Source: Chrysomallon squamiferum (taxonomy: Eukaryota > Animalia > Mollusca). Taken from it: a DNA stretch of 64,000 nucleotides. The notes under the pieces were generated by a model. The model ran no database searches. It had not been told where the DNA came from and saw only the letters and a list, made by a program, of their open reading frames with translations. Positions 41,658-59,509 of this stretch are shown piece by piece. The position numbers and the translations under genes were made by a program. Positions within the stretch are counted from its first letter, which is position 1; each line of letters begins with the position of its first letter. The DNA is taken from positions 17,298,001-17,362,000 of the forward strand of contig CM022671.1 of assembly GCA_012295275.1 (NCBI GenBank). Reading direction: 5' to 3'.

Positions 41658-44238
41658 TGTTTAAAAACGTGGCTAAAAGACTGAGGATAGTTCACTATTT
41701 ATTTACTCAGTCTTCAACGTTCATTCTTATTTTGCTTCAAAATGCCATTGTAACAAAGGAGAAAAGACATACATTCTTAATTATTTTATTGTCATACTTT
41801 ATTATTAACGTAAGTTAATGTTTTATAACAAAGATACCAGAAGCTAAATTAAAATACAAAATGCACATCTTTACTATGAAAAGAATAAAATATTCCATTT
41901 CCAAATAACAAAATAATTATGGACTATTTCTAAACAAAACAACATGAAATGTCAGTGAATTCTGACATGTAATACAAAACTAAAACCCTAAGATATATTA
42001 AAACTGATGATAGATGTGTTTTTCTTGATATACGAACATCACATTATCAAATTCATCATCAATAAACTGTGTGTTATTGCACTCAAACAAGATTTTGAAA
42101 TGATTTATTGAATCTGCTGCCAAGGAGGCAATGAGTGGTGATAAAAATAAAAATAATAATAATAATAATATTTTTTATACTAAAAACAAATTAAAAATTA
42201 TACTATATAAAAAAAAAACATATGTAAGAAGTTGATTTATAAGTAAATTTTTCGTTTATTCCCAGATGGTTATTAAAAGTTGAATCTATGGTGATACTGA
42301 TAAATTTTCTAAATATATACTGCATGCTTCAAAGTTATATTTCATCTGTCTTAATTAATAACCATGTATGACTAAAATAATGACAAAGAGCACAGTTTAA
42401 AATATTTTGATGCTACTATTTTTCTGTGACTTTATCTCATTTGCTCTAAATTTTCTTTTGCTGTGTTTCTAATAAGATAAAAAATGTAGCTGTGGAAAGA
42501 AAAATGGCAGTTTTCAAACATTCTGTAACAGTATTATTTTACTGTTATACTTTATTATGAGTAAAGACAGATGATCAGTACATCAAAAATATTTGGAAGT
42601 ATAAAGAATTTGTTTTTTTTTAACTTATATTAATTATTTGTAGGAGAACAGGTAGACATATTGTAAACGTTTGAAGTTTTTATGAATTACATAATATAAA
42701 TTAAATGAATTCAATTAAAAAAAAAAAGAATAATAATAATAATTAAAAAATAAAAAACGTTTCTGAATGCCATATATCAAATGAAAATAGTTTTCATATA
42801 CAAGATCAATTATTAAATTAGCTAAAAAAAAATTTTAAAAATTAATAATAACAATAATTATGTGTATGTAATATATTTTCTTATTATAGGCATCATAAAT
42901 TACATGGATTAACAGTGAATGATAAATAAAATAAATTTACTATTTTTTTGACAGATCTTGAATGGCAGCTAATTGAGTATGCTCAAAAATCTTTTTAAAT
43001 TCAGGTAAATTAAAAATGAATTGAACAGAAAAAATGTTTGATATTGAATTCCACATTGATATTTCTTTTTACCTTCTTCAGTCATCACTGCTTCCACTGT
43101 AACTTTTTCTGGCATCTCTTTAAAGACGAGATTCGCTGCCTGTATGGTGTATATACCTATGTCCAGCAGACCCCCACCTCCCAGCTTTCTCTCCCGTGTT
43201 CGTGGTATGTCCGCAAGTGAAGCTGCAAATGTTGCCATGACAACCAATGGCCGACCCACATCTCCACTGCTAAGTTCTTTGCGGATTTGATCGTAGATAG
43301 GGAAACATCTAGACCATATTGCCTGTTAATGTCAATTTTAATTAAAATAGATGGAAAACAATAAAATAACCCCACACACACACACACTCATACACATAAT
43401 TATAATAATTATTATTATGGGAGATAATTATTGTGTACTGAAAATTGTTAATAATCAAACAATCAGAAATCTTTAAGAAATTTGACTGTGTTACAGCTGA
43501 AAATATTTAAATTCAAGACTTTTCTAAAAAGAAAATATAATACTCACTTCTGGTTTTTTAAACAGATACAGGTTAGACTGTTGTTGTTTTTACTGTTGTT
43601 ATTATTATTATTATTATTATTTTTAGACTCAGATAATATTTTGAATGGTCATTATATAGTTACCTCCATAAAAAAAAGATTCTTCTCTTTAGCAACTTTG
43701 TGGACCTCCTTCACTTCATCCAAAGTTAAACACATTGGTTTTTCACACAACACATGTTTGCCAGCATTCAGACACATCAACGTTAGACTTTTGTGTGTGA
43801 TGTGAATAGTCCCAATGTAGATAACATCTGAAAACAAAGACATAAATACAATTATATGTATGGTAAACATTTTATTAATATGAAAGTATATATATAAAAA
43901 AAAAAATCAAATTCCTTTTTAAATTTTATTTTATTTAATTTTTTTTTTGCCTCACACACACATGCACACGATCATGTAGCAGTCACAAATCATTTAAAAA
44001 CTAATACAATTTTAGCTGTCAACAGCAATTTTATATGATAGACTATATTCAAATGCATCAAGAAAGATTTAACACTAAACTGGATACAATCACATTCAGA
44101 CAGACAGAAATAAAATAAAAACCAAATATCATTATATCCATAAATTTCAAATATGTAAAAATACTTAAGGATTTATTTACTATAAAATGTAAATTAAAAA
44201 AAGAAATTGTGCATATCCATTCTTCTATCTATCTATCC

Positions 44239-44271
<33 letters not shown>

Positions 44272-44931
44272 TTGTTGTTGTTGTTGTTTTTCTATAGCCA
44301 GTTTTTTGTCAGACAGACTACATGAAAGTGGAGTTATGCTGATGTGTTCATCATACTCTGACTTACCAATATTGGGGTCTTCTGCCAGTTCTTTGTAAGA
44401 ACCATAAGCAGTTGGGATTCCAAATTTTGAAGCAAAGTCTTTGGCTTTTGATAATTCTCTTGCAGCAACTGCAACAATCTGGATGTAAACAAATTTTAGG
44501 AAATTATTTTTCTTTTTCTCTTTATTTAATATTTTAAAAAAAAAAGTAAATAAAAAAATAAAACGGGTTCAAGTACCTAAACTAATAATAATAATATATA
44601 TGCTGAAAAAGAACAATGATTTAATATTTTAGTAAAAGAGTATATAAACTGAATATTCTTTATCCTTAGCAGGCTTAGGTAACTAGTTTATCTGTAAGGA
44701 AACTTTGAGTTAAATTTGAAAAATAAAAGATGAATAAATCTATATAGTTGTCCAAATGATGTTTTTGTCTGAAAGAAAAGTAAGTTTTTGAAGCTTTCTC
44801 AATTTCTAATAATTAATTATTTATCTGTGTGTCTGACAGTATTTCTTTCTGGTCTTTATAATTATATATTTTGTAGCTAAAATTGTCTTTATGTCATCCT
44901 AGAAACCCTGACACCTACTCTTATGAGTTGG

Positions 44932-44978
<47 letters not shown>

Positions 44979-45305
44979 CAGATACACAATAGTGACAGTA
45001 ACAGAGCTGTTTCTTATTTCTTGATACAAACAGGTTATAACAAGTAATGAATGTTTTATGTTTTTTGTGTCCAGGCTGTCATACTGTCCGTGTTAATACT
45101 TCTGCTGTGAGATACAGAAACCATTATTTAATAATAAACATGAAGCTTAAATTAAATTAAAAACTGTGCCTATAATACATTTTCTACACATATTAATTTA
45201 TATTTGTTATCAAACCTCGTTTTCACCAGGGGTATGGCCACACAATCCAGCACAGAAATCGTTAGAAATTGACCCAGCTCCACAAATACCCCATCTGGTA
45301 GCCAT
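39550..45305 (-). CDS. DHDH: Trans-1,2-dihydrobenzene-1,2-diol dehydrogenase / D-xylose 1-dehydrogenase (Gfo/Idh/MocA family), paralogue A, 349 aa, 7 coding exons
   Basis: join(complement 45216-45305, 44367-44478, 43664-43827, 43073-43322, 41191-41360, 40285-40438, 39550-39659) = 1050 nt. All introns are GT-AG with consistent phases. Motifs: [66 protein letters not shown]. Confidence 0.95.
39936..40021. repeat. (GA)n microsatellite in DHDH-A intron 6
   Basis: Directly visible. Confidence 0.95.
40285..40438 (-). CDS. DHDH: DHDH-A exon 6
   Basis: tttcag|[10 protein letters not shown]...[22 protein letters not shown]|gtaaaa; 154 nt. Confidence 0.92.
40690..40870 (+). mobile_element. Degenerate MetaSINE-like remnant in DHDH-A intron 5
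   Basis: ctgctaattgttaaaattagccaat...gcaactagtttcctct (40735-40784) resembles the Meta-like domain in forward orientation and ends in tcattcat. Confidence 0.4.
41191..41360 (-). CDS. DHDH: DHDH-A exon 5
   Basis: aaatcag|[58 protein letters not shown]|gtaatt; 170 nt. Confidence 0.92.
43073..43322 (-). CDS. DHDH: DHDH-A exon 4
   Basis: aacag|AIWSRCFP...[11 protein letters not shown]...MTEE G|gtaaaa; 250 nt. Confidence 0.93.
43664..43827 (-). CDS. DHDH: DHDH-A exon 3
   Basis: tttcag|(D)[12 protein letters not shown]...HVLCEKPM...FFME|gtaact; 164 nt. Confidence 0.95.
44367..44478 (-). CDS. DHDH: DHDH-A exon 2
   Basis: atccag|[38 protein letters not shown]|gtaagt; 112 nt. Confidence 0.93.
45216..45305 (-). 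CDS. DHDH: DHDH-A first coding exon
   Basis: [30 protein letters not shown]|gtttga. An upstream acceptor cataatttcag at about 45346 is conserved in paralogue B, implying a 5'-UTR intron. Confidence 0.9.
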
Positions 45306-46350
45306 TGAATATGAAACTCTGGAAACCTTGGCAAAGGATAAGAATCTGAAATTATGCACAATACTGACATTATTATTATAAACTGATTAAGAAATCTTAA
45401 TTTAAAAATGAATTTAATACATATCTAATTTTACTTGAAGTTAGATACCATTTGTGAAAGTGCATGGAATCATATAATTAAATTTTAAAACAAGGCTTTT
45501 ATTAATTCTGAAATTGTTTTAGGTTTTAATCAAATAAGATAACAATGTTATAAAAATAAGCTAATCTGGACTGAAAATTGAAATTTATATTATAAAACAG
45601 TTACATTAATGAAAACAAGGAAACTATCAGCCTTCATGCATTGCCATATAATTTTTACTGGCAAATATTTGCAATATAGCAAAGAGATAATCTATCACAT
45701 CAAACCAGTCTTAATCCACGCAGACAAGTACCTGAGTATTTAGCCAACAACAGGAAAGTGACATATATAAATTTGCATTTTTGTTATTTTGTTAAAAGCA
45801 GTTTTCATATAGTTTATTGACAACATCAGTCCTTAGGTGTTTTAGAACACTTTTATTTGCTGGGACAAAGTCAAATCTTTTGCCAACTTGTCCAGGTCCA
45901 AGCAGCTTTATTTTATAAGTAACCGGGAAATACAGTGTTAAAGGAGATATCAAAATGAAGCTTATGGAATCAGAACTCTGAAAATGCTTACAACTCAAGT
46001 AGGCTAAAATGTGACTTACAACCTGGTTTGATGTGATGGGTCACATATATTTAAGATATTTGTTATAAACACCTAAGGTATGCTTTAAATATATTTGATA
46101 CACATTTTACTCAATGCATTTTTTTTTCTTTTACTGCAAACATGCAGGTGAATTTTTTTTATTTCTTTTTAAGAATAATATTTTACAGATAACTAGCATT
46201 TCACTACATTTCATTTAATACATTTTCCACCTGTAAAGAATTCATATATTCATCTCTGAAGATCTTAGTTCTGAAAAAGTAAAAGATTTTGTGCCCTTGA
46301 ATACATCAGAATATTGTAAACAAAATAAAAAATAATAAAACTGAAAAAGT

Positions 46351-46351
<1 letters not shown>

Positions 46352-46409
<58 letters not shown>

Positions 46410-46448
46410 TAATAAATAAAAAAAATAAATAAATAAATAAATAAATAA
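46352..46448. repeat. (AAT)n/(AAAT)n microsatellite
   Basis: Directly visible. Confidence 0.9.
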
Positions 46449-48050
46449 GTTAATTAATTCATTAATAATTCATTAATGAAAAATTGTATTAATGTATTCA
46501 AATCATTGATGGACACAAATTATATATGAGATACAAACATTGAAGATAACAAAACAAATGACCAGCTAATACAGTATTCTTAAACGGAATTAATTTCCAA
46601 TTAATTAATTCCTTTACCTCCTATTATGCTCTATATATAAATCCCATCTCAATGTGTATTATTATTAATGATCAGTAAATGTAATGACAGTGCATCTGCC
46701 TAATGAAAGGATTATTTTCACTAAATATGAACAGCATCAATCAATCACCTAATTACAGTTATATATATAGTTATGTCTGCTCAGACTTAGGTTTGTCATG
46801 TTATATTTCAGTCTGGATATTTTCATCTTTTATTATTATTTCTTCTCTTTTTTTCTTCTTCTTCTTTTTTTCAACTATATTATTCATTCCATTTCTTCTT
46901 CTTTTTTCTGTTGTCTTTTTTGACAAAAATAATAAAAAATGATTACGGTTTATTACATTTCAGTCTGTATATTTTCACCTTTTATTTATTTATTTATTTA
47001 TTTTTTTTTTTTTTTAATATGTAATTCTTTCCTTTTTTTTAATTTTTTTTTCATTTTTGGTATAAAGGTAGTCAATTTTTTATACTGTTTATTAAATATT
47101 TGTTTTTATTATTTTTTTTTTATTTTTGTATTGTGTGTATATTGTTTCTTAACAGTTATTATTAAGAGACACCAGAAATATATAAACATTTCTTAAAATT
47201 TATTTTAAAATTTATTGGATAAAACCTAGATGAAACCAGATTCAGATCCAAGAAAAACAAAAATTGGAGTTATGTGATAAAATACCTGTTGAGCAGTACT
47301 TTCCCTCCATTCATTGTTCACTTACCTAAAAAGAAGAAAAGAAAAATAATAATTTGTAACTCACTTTGGCTTCATTTTTTCACAGCATGTAGATTATTTA
47401 TCATTGTTTTAATCTATAAATACATTAATACAATTAGAAATTATTTTTAAAAAATGTTCTCTTAATTATGTCACAGATAAGTATCAATCAAATGCAATGA
47501 ACACATCAACTGTTTTAATAAAGTTATTAAAAAAAAATAATTAACAATAATATATAAAACGGTACTCATGGACAGTATAAAAAAGTAACTGTTCATTAAA
47601 AGAAAAAGAAACAAAAGGATATGTGTGTAATATTATATAGCTTTTCTTTTCAAGTACCATTACTTTAAAAATAACACATTTTTCAAAAGAATTTTGCTAA
47701 CTTTTACTGCCATTAAACCAAACACCATATGTCTAACTATTCTGTCAGATAAGCAAAATTCCTCATTGCATACACGTATTCTTCCTACGAGTGTTGCTAA
47801 ATTAGGCTGACAATGCACTGCACAATACAAGAATAATTATTAATTTACTTATAATTGGTTTTCTGGCTCTATTCCAAGCATCACTGCAAACTCAGCACCA
47901 ACTTTGAAACGACAACATAATTAACAAATGTAGGCCTACAAATGTTTGTTTTTTATCATCAGCATTAGCAGAATGAATATCAAGTTACAAACCTTCAGTG
48001 AGAGAAAGCGAGTATGTCCTATAATATTGCAGACAAAATACACTATACAC

Positions 48051-48119
<69 letters not shown>

Positions 48120-49024
48120 ACATATCTGTCAGTGAGTGTGTTAACAGATCATAACAATATTAAAAATCTGGGTCAAAGTCATAATGTTGAAACAAAAGTA
48201 TAATTACTACAAAAATAAAACTTTTGAATTATTTCAGTTTGATATTTCACTCAGTATTAATGCAATAAACATGTAAGTATGTGTAATTTCCAAATGATAT
48301 AAAAACCATTAAAAATGTTTATATCAAGTTAAAAAGTAAACAGTGTCTTTGAACTTTGACCTGGTGTCAGTGACAGTAACATGTTGGCTTGCCCAATTAA
48401 ACAAAAGAAGAAAATTCATAAAATGATTGTTTGAAGGTTTTTTCAGGAGTTTTAATTTATATGACATGCTTGGATGAAAAACATAAATAAACACTAAAGT
48501 ATATATACATATATATATAATGGGCACTGAAGTTTAATAATTTTATGAATTCTTCCACTGCTTTTTTTGCACTCTGAGCAAAGTCAGTGCTTCCACACAT
48601 TAATTAAATAGTTGACTTTCCTTTTATATAATATAATACATGAAAATAAAAAATATAAATAACTTATCTGTTTAATACCAAGTTAAACAAAATGACTAAA
48701 TAAATAAAGCAGGGGTAAGGAAGAAGAAATTCGTACATCAAACCCCTTTATCAAAGAATTCCCCATGTATCCATGCTTACAATATTTTCAGAAATTTATT
48801 TCTACGGTAACCGAGTTTTAGCAAGTACACTTAGACTCAGTAAATGCAGACGTGTTTCACTTGTAAACAGATCATCATACATATTTTATGTTTATCATAT
48901 ATCTGTAGATAATAAATTTCAGTGTTTCCATTCGTTTCAGTAATGTATGGTTAACAGGACTTTGATACTTTTTCTATTTAATATTTTAATTATTTAAGTC
49001 TTTGTTAAGAAAACAAAACTATAT

Positions 49025-49075
<51 letters not shown>

Positions 49076-49426
49076 TTTTGATTCTAAAGTTATCACAAAT
49101 TTTTTTAATTATTTATATTATGCGTAAGAGATATTAATTAGCTGCGCTAAGTTGGAACGAAAAAGCATGTTTATCAAGTGCGCCTAGACATCGGAGGAAT
49201 TACATAAAAATAAAGGTATAAAAGGGCTTGAATCATCAATATAGATATTAAACAAAAAACCTAATTTAGATATGACAGTAATGAAATATAATATTTTAAA
49301 TATGCCCAATCTGAATAAATTAAAAACCTGCATTAATATACGCACCTAAAATTATGCAAACGATTTAACTGAACAACTGACAAGGCTATACAGCTCTACT
49401 TTTCGCCCTGATCTTCCCGTTCTTCT

Positions 49427-49443
49427 TCAGTAACCGTAACTCC
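49427..49443. promoter_or_regulatory. 17-bp motif TCAGTAACCGTAACTCC shared by the upstream regions of both DHDH paralogues (candidate promoter element)
   Basis: Identical 17-mer at 57842-57858. Both copies sit in locally CpG-retaining patches 4.1 kb and 2.4 kb upstream of the respective ATGs. Confidence 0.5.
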
Positions 49444-51486
49444 GCAAGAAATGTCCTTTTTGTCTTGCTTTATTATTTTACATAACCGCATATTAAATAA
49501 ATTACTATAGGCCTAATGCGATATCTTTATTTTTATGTATGAATAATATTAAAATATAATTTTTTAATGGTTTAAGAACACAAATACTATTATCGTAGTT
49601 TATGCATTAATTTGCGGGATACTAATTAATATGCAGCAGCAACAACAATAATAAACCAAAAACATTTAATGCACTTTAAGATTTTCTTTATTCTTTTATT
49701 TTTTTAATCACCGATTTGATATGTAATCGTATTTCTGTTAGTGTATTTTGGATGCAGGAATAAGACTGAACTATAACAATACTTTATATAACCTATTTTT
49801 TAAACCACAGCATCGTTTTATATAACCGATTTTTTAACCATAAAATCATTTTAAACATTTTTGTTGTTACTGGATGTACTGCTGCTGTTTGTGTGGTGTA
49901 TGTACCATTTAAACTAATATACCAATAATTCATTCTATGTGTTCGTATTTATTTATTTGTTATTATTTATTTTTATTATTTTTTTTTTTTTAAATTGAAT
50001 AAACCATCATTTAATGAAAACGAAACTCTGTAAACTTAAAAATATATTTATTTCATAAAGTATAAAATAGGGTAAAACACAGAAAACAGAAAATTATTTG
50101 AAATAAAAAAACATTCCATTAGGTGATACTGAAATACAGATGGATCTAACAATAAAAGAAAAAAAAAGAAAAAAAGAAGTAATTTTTAATTTTAATTTTT
50201 TTTTTATACAAACAGATTCATGTAAATTGGTTTGGTTCTTAAAACTTTAAAAAATATTTTTTATGTTATGGAACATAAAATACTTATTACATTGGTACAT
50301 TTACAATGATCATAATGATGCCATCCCCATATTATCAAAAACCTGGATGTGCATATGCTTTCTGAAGATTACTATTTTTCATTTAATGGTAAAGATATCT
50401 AAAAGATAAATTCAATGAATATAAAAATGCTTTAGAAAAGCATTTTAATATATTTTAATATATTTGAGAATGGACTGAAAAAACAATAATGTACTAATAA
50501 CATTACAAAATTAATATGTAACATTTTGAAAAACAAAGATAAATAAATGCAAAAGTATTAAAATACTTTCAAACACGGATCAAAATGTATTTCACTCCAT
50601 GTGTGATAATGCCTTGCAAAAAATGTTGCTTAAAAAAAAGATACATGGTTAAAAGCATTTTGAGCATTATTGTTTTTAACCTGCACAACAATTTTAAATA
50701 TTCAGTGAATGTATTTAACTGTTGTGAAGTATGTTCAGATCTTAAATATATATATACACAGATCCAACCCCATCTCCTGAGAAAAAAAGTTGATAAATTA
50801 TACGAGACTGTGCAAGTGGTAAAAAAACGCTATTAATTGCAAAATGAAAAACTATGTCATATTTTACTCATTTTGTGAAGTATTATTATTTTAAGTGCAT
50901 TTTAAGAGTTATCTGGCTCTGGAGATGTCAGCCAATCATCATACATTATGTAAATGAAACATGCTATAGCTGGTTATGCTGACAAATGTGGCAATAGATA
51001 TAAAAGATTCATGGACCCATGCACCTTGAAGGTATCTACAAAAAAATAATAATAATCTAATTCAAAACTAGTAGGTCTTAAATAAGACTTTAAATAGTCT
51101 TCTGAAATTGCTAAAACTCCAAAAAAATTTTGGATGTTTCTCCTTTCATGAGGGGATCCCTTTCTGGAAACCTCGTGATAGTTCTCTATATTTATTTATT
51201 TATTTACCTTTTTATTTTTATGTTTTACATATATATAAATATAATATAATATAATATCCAATAATCAACTTACACCTTCAGTTACTGATTTATGGAGACC
51301 TTGAGGCTAGCAAACAACGCTTCTTTACACATTCTGGTTAAAGGACTTGCTACAAACATTCCAGAGTTCTGCTACTTTCTTTAACACTTGACTAATAAAT
51401 AACTAAGATTAAGCTAACATGCTTTGAATATAACTGTTGTTACTATATATTTTTTAAGCAGAGGATGAATAACTTAGTATTTTATT

Positions 51487-55451
<3,965 letters not shown>

Positions 55452-57164
55452 GTTTCTGTAAACTTGGTAAAGAACACAAACCTGAAATTATGTTGAAAAT
55501 TAGTAAATTAGTAAATTACCTGATAATAATATTTTACAGTAAGTGAAGTTTTACTCACCCTAATGGCTAACATTGTAAGCAGTTTTTATGACTTGGGTAT
55601 TTCGGACAAAACAGAATGACTAAACAACTGTTCTAACTAAAATTCTAACACCCTAATTCTAAGTGATTAAAACATAATTATGCAGACTCCTGTATCATGA
55701 GGCTGTAGCTGGTTTATCAAAAGATATAGTAACAGTTTGTTTTAGAAACTAATGCAGATCATATAATATATTTTATAACTGAATTTAATGTAAGAGGTTT
55801 CACTAATACAAAAAATATTTTACTAGTTAAACTGACCAGTGAAAAATCCAGGAATATTTTAGATCAAAAAAAAAAAAAAAAAAAAAAAAAAAAGAAAGAA
55901 TAAAAAAACATTAAAAGAAAGAAAGAACATAGGATCAAAATATATAATAATGGTAAAAGATATTAATTTCATTATTAATGGATACCTGTGCAGGTAATGC
56001 TAAATACTAACATTCATTATTAACTAAGCTGAAGAAACAATCAGTGGGTGGGGTCAAACCAGGTCAGCAATTTGTGTAATGTTTTTAATTATCTAAGTGA
56101 CAACATCTGTAAAGGTAATTGATTTCCAGTCTACAACTTCCATAAAGATTTCTTGTTATGATACACTGACCATATGCATGTGTATTATTATTAATAATTA
56201 GTGAAGGTAATAGTGGTGCATCTGGTTAATCTCAGGAATTTCTTTTCCAATCAAGAAAAATACAACGATCTTGTAATTATGTGATTATGATTACATACAT
56301 GTGTGTATAAACATCTTCTCATATTTTTATCTTACTGTAATTACTGTTTTGGTAATTTGTTGTGTGTGTGTGTGTGTGCGTGTGTTACAGCTTTGTCATT
56401 TTCTCCCCTTTTTAAAAAAATAAAAGATGTTTTCTTTTTTCTCTGTATAAATATTGTTATATTTCAAAATTAATCTTCAGTCCTAGTTTTTGTAATTTGT
56501 TAATATATATTTTATGTACATATGTTTTATTTCAGTTTTTATTATACAGTATGTAATTAGAAATTGAGAAATGAAACACTTCACAAAAATGGAACTGCCA
56601 TCACTGTGTTGGATTTAACAGTATAAAACAAAACAAATTATTATTTACAACAGGGGTTGTAATATTTCAAATAACATCATTTACTATGTGGATTTGGTCA
56701 AATTCTAAATGTAATGTAATGTTCTGAAAAATTATTTATTTGAAATATTTTGTTTCATTGGGGTTTTTTTTAATTGTCTTCAATTTAATTTAATTTTATA
56801 TATATATTTAGCACCACTTACTTAGTGACACAGTAATTTTTTTTTTTAAAACACTGCACTTTAAACTGTCTAACACTGTATGTGTCAGTAGGTTAAAAGA
56901 AAAAAATATTAACCATTTTGGTTATGATAAGAGGGTCAGTAGGCCAGAACTTTTGATAAGAAAAAGTTTTATGTAGGTCAGTGTGTTTCATAAAGAATAA
57001 TGTATATTAAATTTACATATCATGTCCACAAAAGACAATACATGCATGTGCCAAAAAATAAATTATTTTATATTTAATGTTTTATAATTCTCAGACCCCA
57101 GTCTTTCACCTACCATTCCATTTTATTTATTTCCAATTTTTGAAGATTTCTTTCAGCTCTGGTA

Positions 57165-57195
<31 letters not shown>

Positions 57196-57456
57196 TGTTC
57201 TCCCAAATGTTACACAAACAACAGTCTGAAGTAATGAGATTAGACATGGTAATTTAGTTTTGTACTTTGATGTAAATTTATTTTGCTTTTTTGCTTTTTA
57301 ACAAGGTATACAGAACAAAACAAAAATCATGAATATAAATAAATAAAAACATAAAACAAATGCCAGAAAAAAGAAAAAAAGAAGCTTATATCGTTTCTGT
57401 AGAAATTTTCATGCAAAAAAAATAATAATAATAAATAAAATAATAATAATAATAAT

Positions 57457-57493
<37 letters not shown>

Positions 57494-57841
57494 TATAACT
57501 AACAAGTTAATTATCCAATATTAAATAATCCTGACTTCGTTACAAGCAGTTGAAACAGATATATATACATGCATATTCATTTTGTGAAATGCTACGTTGA
57601 GATGTAATAACAATGAATTATTGAATAGTTTCAATGTATTTAGATGCCCTCAGCAGCGGAGTAAATTCGGGACAATAAGGACAGGAAAAAGGTACAATTA
57701 TAAAATTTTGAGACAGTTTTTAAACCTCCCCTCCCCTTGTAGTATAACATTAAAACAATTAAAATTATAATATGTTTAATGCACAAACCACGTTAAAACA
57801 ATTTTGACTATTTTCTGTCGACAATCATCTCGTGAGCTTCG

Positions 57842-57858
57842 TCAGTAACCGTAACTCC
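57842..57858. promoter_or_regulatory. Second copy of the 17-bp paralogue-shared upstream motif TCAGTAACCGTAACTCC
   Basis: Identical to 49427-49443. Confidence 0.5.
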
Positions 57859-57869
57859 ATATGAAGTAT

Positions 57870-58001
57870 GGACGGTTTGCATGCTGAGACAAGATTCGCA
57901 CGTCGGGAGTTCGAATCCCTTGGTTGTGCGGGCCTGGCGTTGTAATCTGTATAAACAGCACTAAACAGATATCGAGGGTAAAAAACAAACAAACAAACAA
58001 A
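57870..58001 (+). mobile_element. Short tRNA-derived SINE remnant (B-box plus (AAAC)n tail)
   Basis: GGGAGTTCGAATCCC at 57905-57919 contains the B-box GTTCGAATC; 3' tail aaacaaacaaacaaa at about 57983-58001. Confidence 0.4.
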
Positions 58002-59477
58002 TCATTGCACGATTAATTTAAATAGTTAATATAATAATTATGTTGTTCAATTACCAACAGAATTATGCAAAAAAATTTTTTTTATAAAAACTTACCGATC
58101 TTTTACCCAAAATATTGGAATACATGACCATCTTGAATATTAAAATTAAGCAGATGCCTCTAAGTACGTTATATTATTAAATGTATATTAAAACTTGCAA
58201 ATATTCTGCATATGGTTTCCACGGAACAGGGCTTTTGGCAATATTACGCACCTGACCCACATTAATGAAAGCGACTGCAGTAGCAGACTGTATTGTGACG
58301 TACACATGGCACTGAAGAATAATTATGTCACCTTTGACCCAAATGCAATAAAATAATAGATCAAAGGTGTTTTAAATTATAACTTTACGAGTAAAAACAT
58401 TGTGAAATAAAGTATTGGTTATATTTTAAAACAATATCATATAAAAAAAAATATGAAAAAATAAAATATATGATGTAAATAATAATATTATCGTCATATC
58501 CAAAACTGTGTAACTAGGTGAAGCGTAAAAGTACGTTACTATATATAGATTTGAAAGGTCGCATATCAGCAGGTGATTTTTTAGTACAAAGTTAGCTAAA
58601 CATAATAAAATATTTACTAAATGATTAAAATTATGTATTTTAAGGCTCTCAGACTTGTACACAGACATTCATAATTATAAAATACAGAATTACAGGAGCA
58701 AAAAACACCAAACTATTTCTTCAAAATTTTGCATTTTTAATAATGACCTGTTTCAAATGGGAGTAATAATAAAATTCTCATGTATATGGGTCAAATCTAT
58801 CATGAAGTTCAAACTTCAGGACTCCTAATCCCAAAGGGTCTCCAGAAGCGACTATAGTCCACATTTCTTAAAAGATTTAATTAAAATCTGAGAAGTGTCT
58901 AAATTTTTAAATCCTGTCATGGAACGTTGCTATAGAAGAAAATAAGAGTAGTTAGCCAGACCTCGTTGGTTCTTGCGAAGGACCACGATGTATGTTCAAG
59001 CTCCAAAACTGTAGAGGTCACACCTTGTGTTACACATTTCTTATTTATATTTCAAAATACAACACCAGTTACATTGATAAGTTAATACAAAATATTTAAA
59101 TTAAATAATTTACGCAATACTTTATATGAATACATTATGTATCCATGCATACATTCATATTAGCGTTGTTCAACAGTCTAATCCACTATGAAATGTTACA
59201 CAAACAGCAGTCTATAGTTAATGGGGTATGTAATGGAAAAAAAATTAACGTGCTAATCAGAGCAAGCTGTTGTGAAGCACGTTGTTAATGGGGTCACTCA
59301 TGCTTGCATTTGTACTCAATCGTTTTACGTTTTGTGTATGCGTGTGCTTTTTTAATTCTTTCTTTTTTGTTTAAATTTCTATATATATATAATTATTATT
59401 ATTTTTTTTTTTTTTTTTTGCTGACATTTATGTAGCTTGGTTTTGTTTCATTTTTATATTATATATTATTTGTTTAA

Positions 59478-59509
<32 letters not shown>

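Noticed and set aside
49783-49852. Two ~34-bp imperfect tandem copies (tttatataacc..ttttttaa(a)cca)
   Set aside because: Short AT-rich duplication with no further structure.
57870-57930. Possible tRNA gene
   Set aside because: Only a B-box/T-loop is present; no acceptor, D or anticodon stems could be formed.
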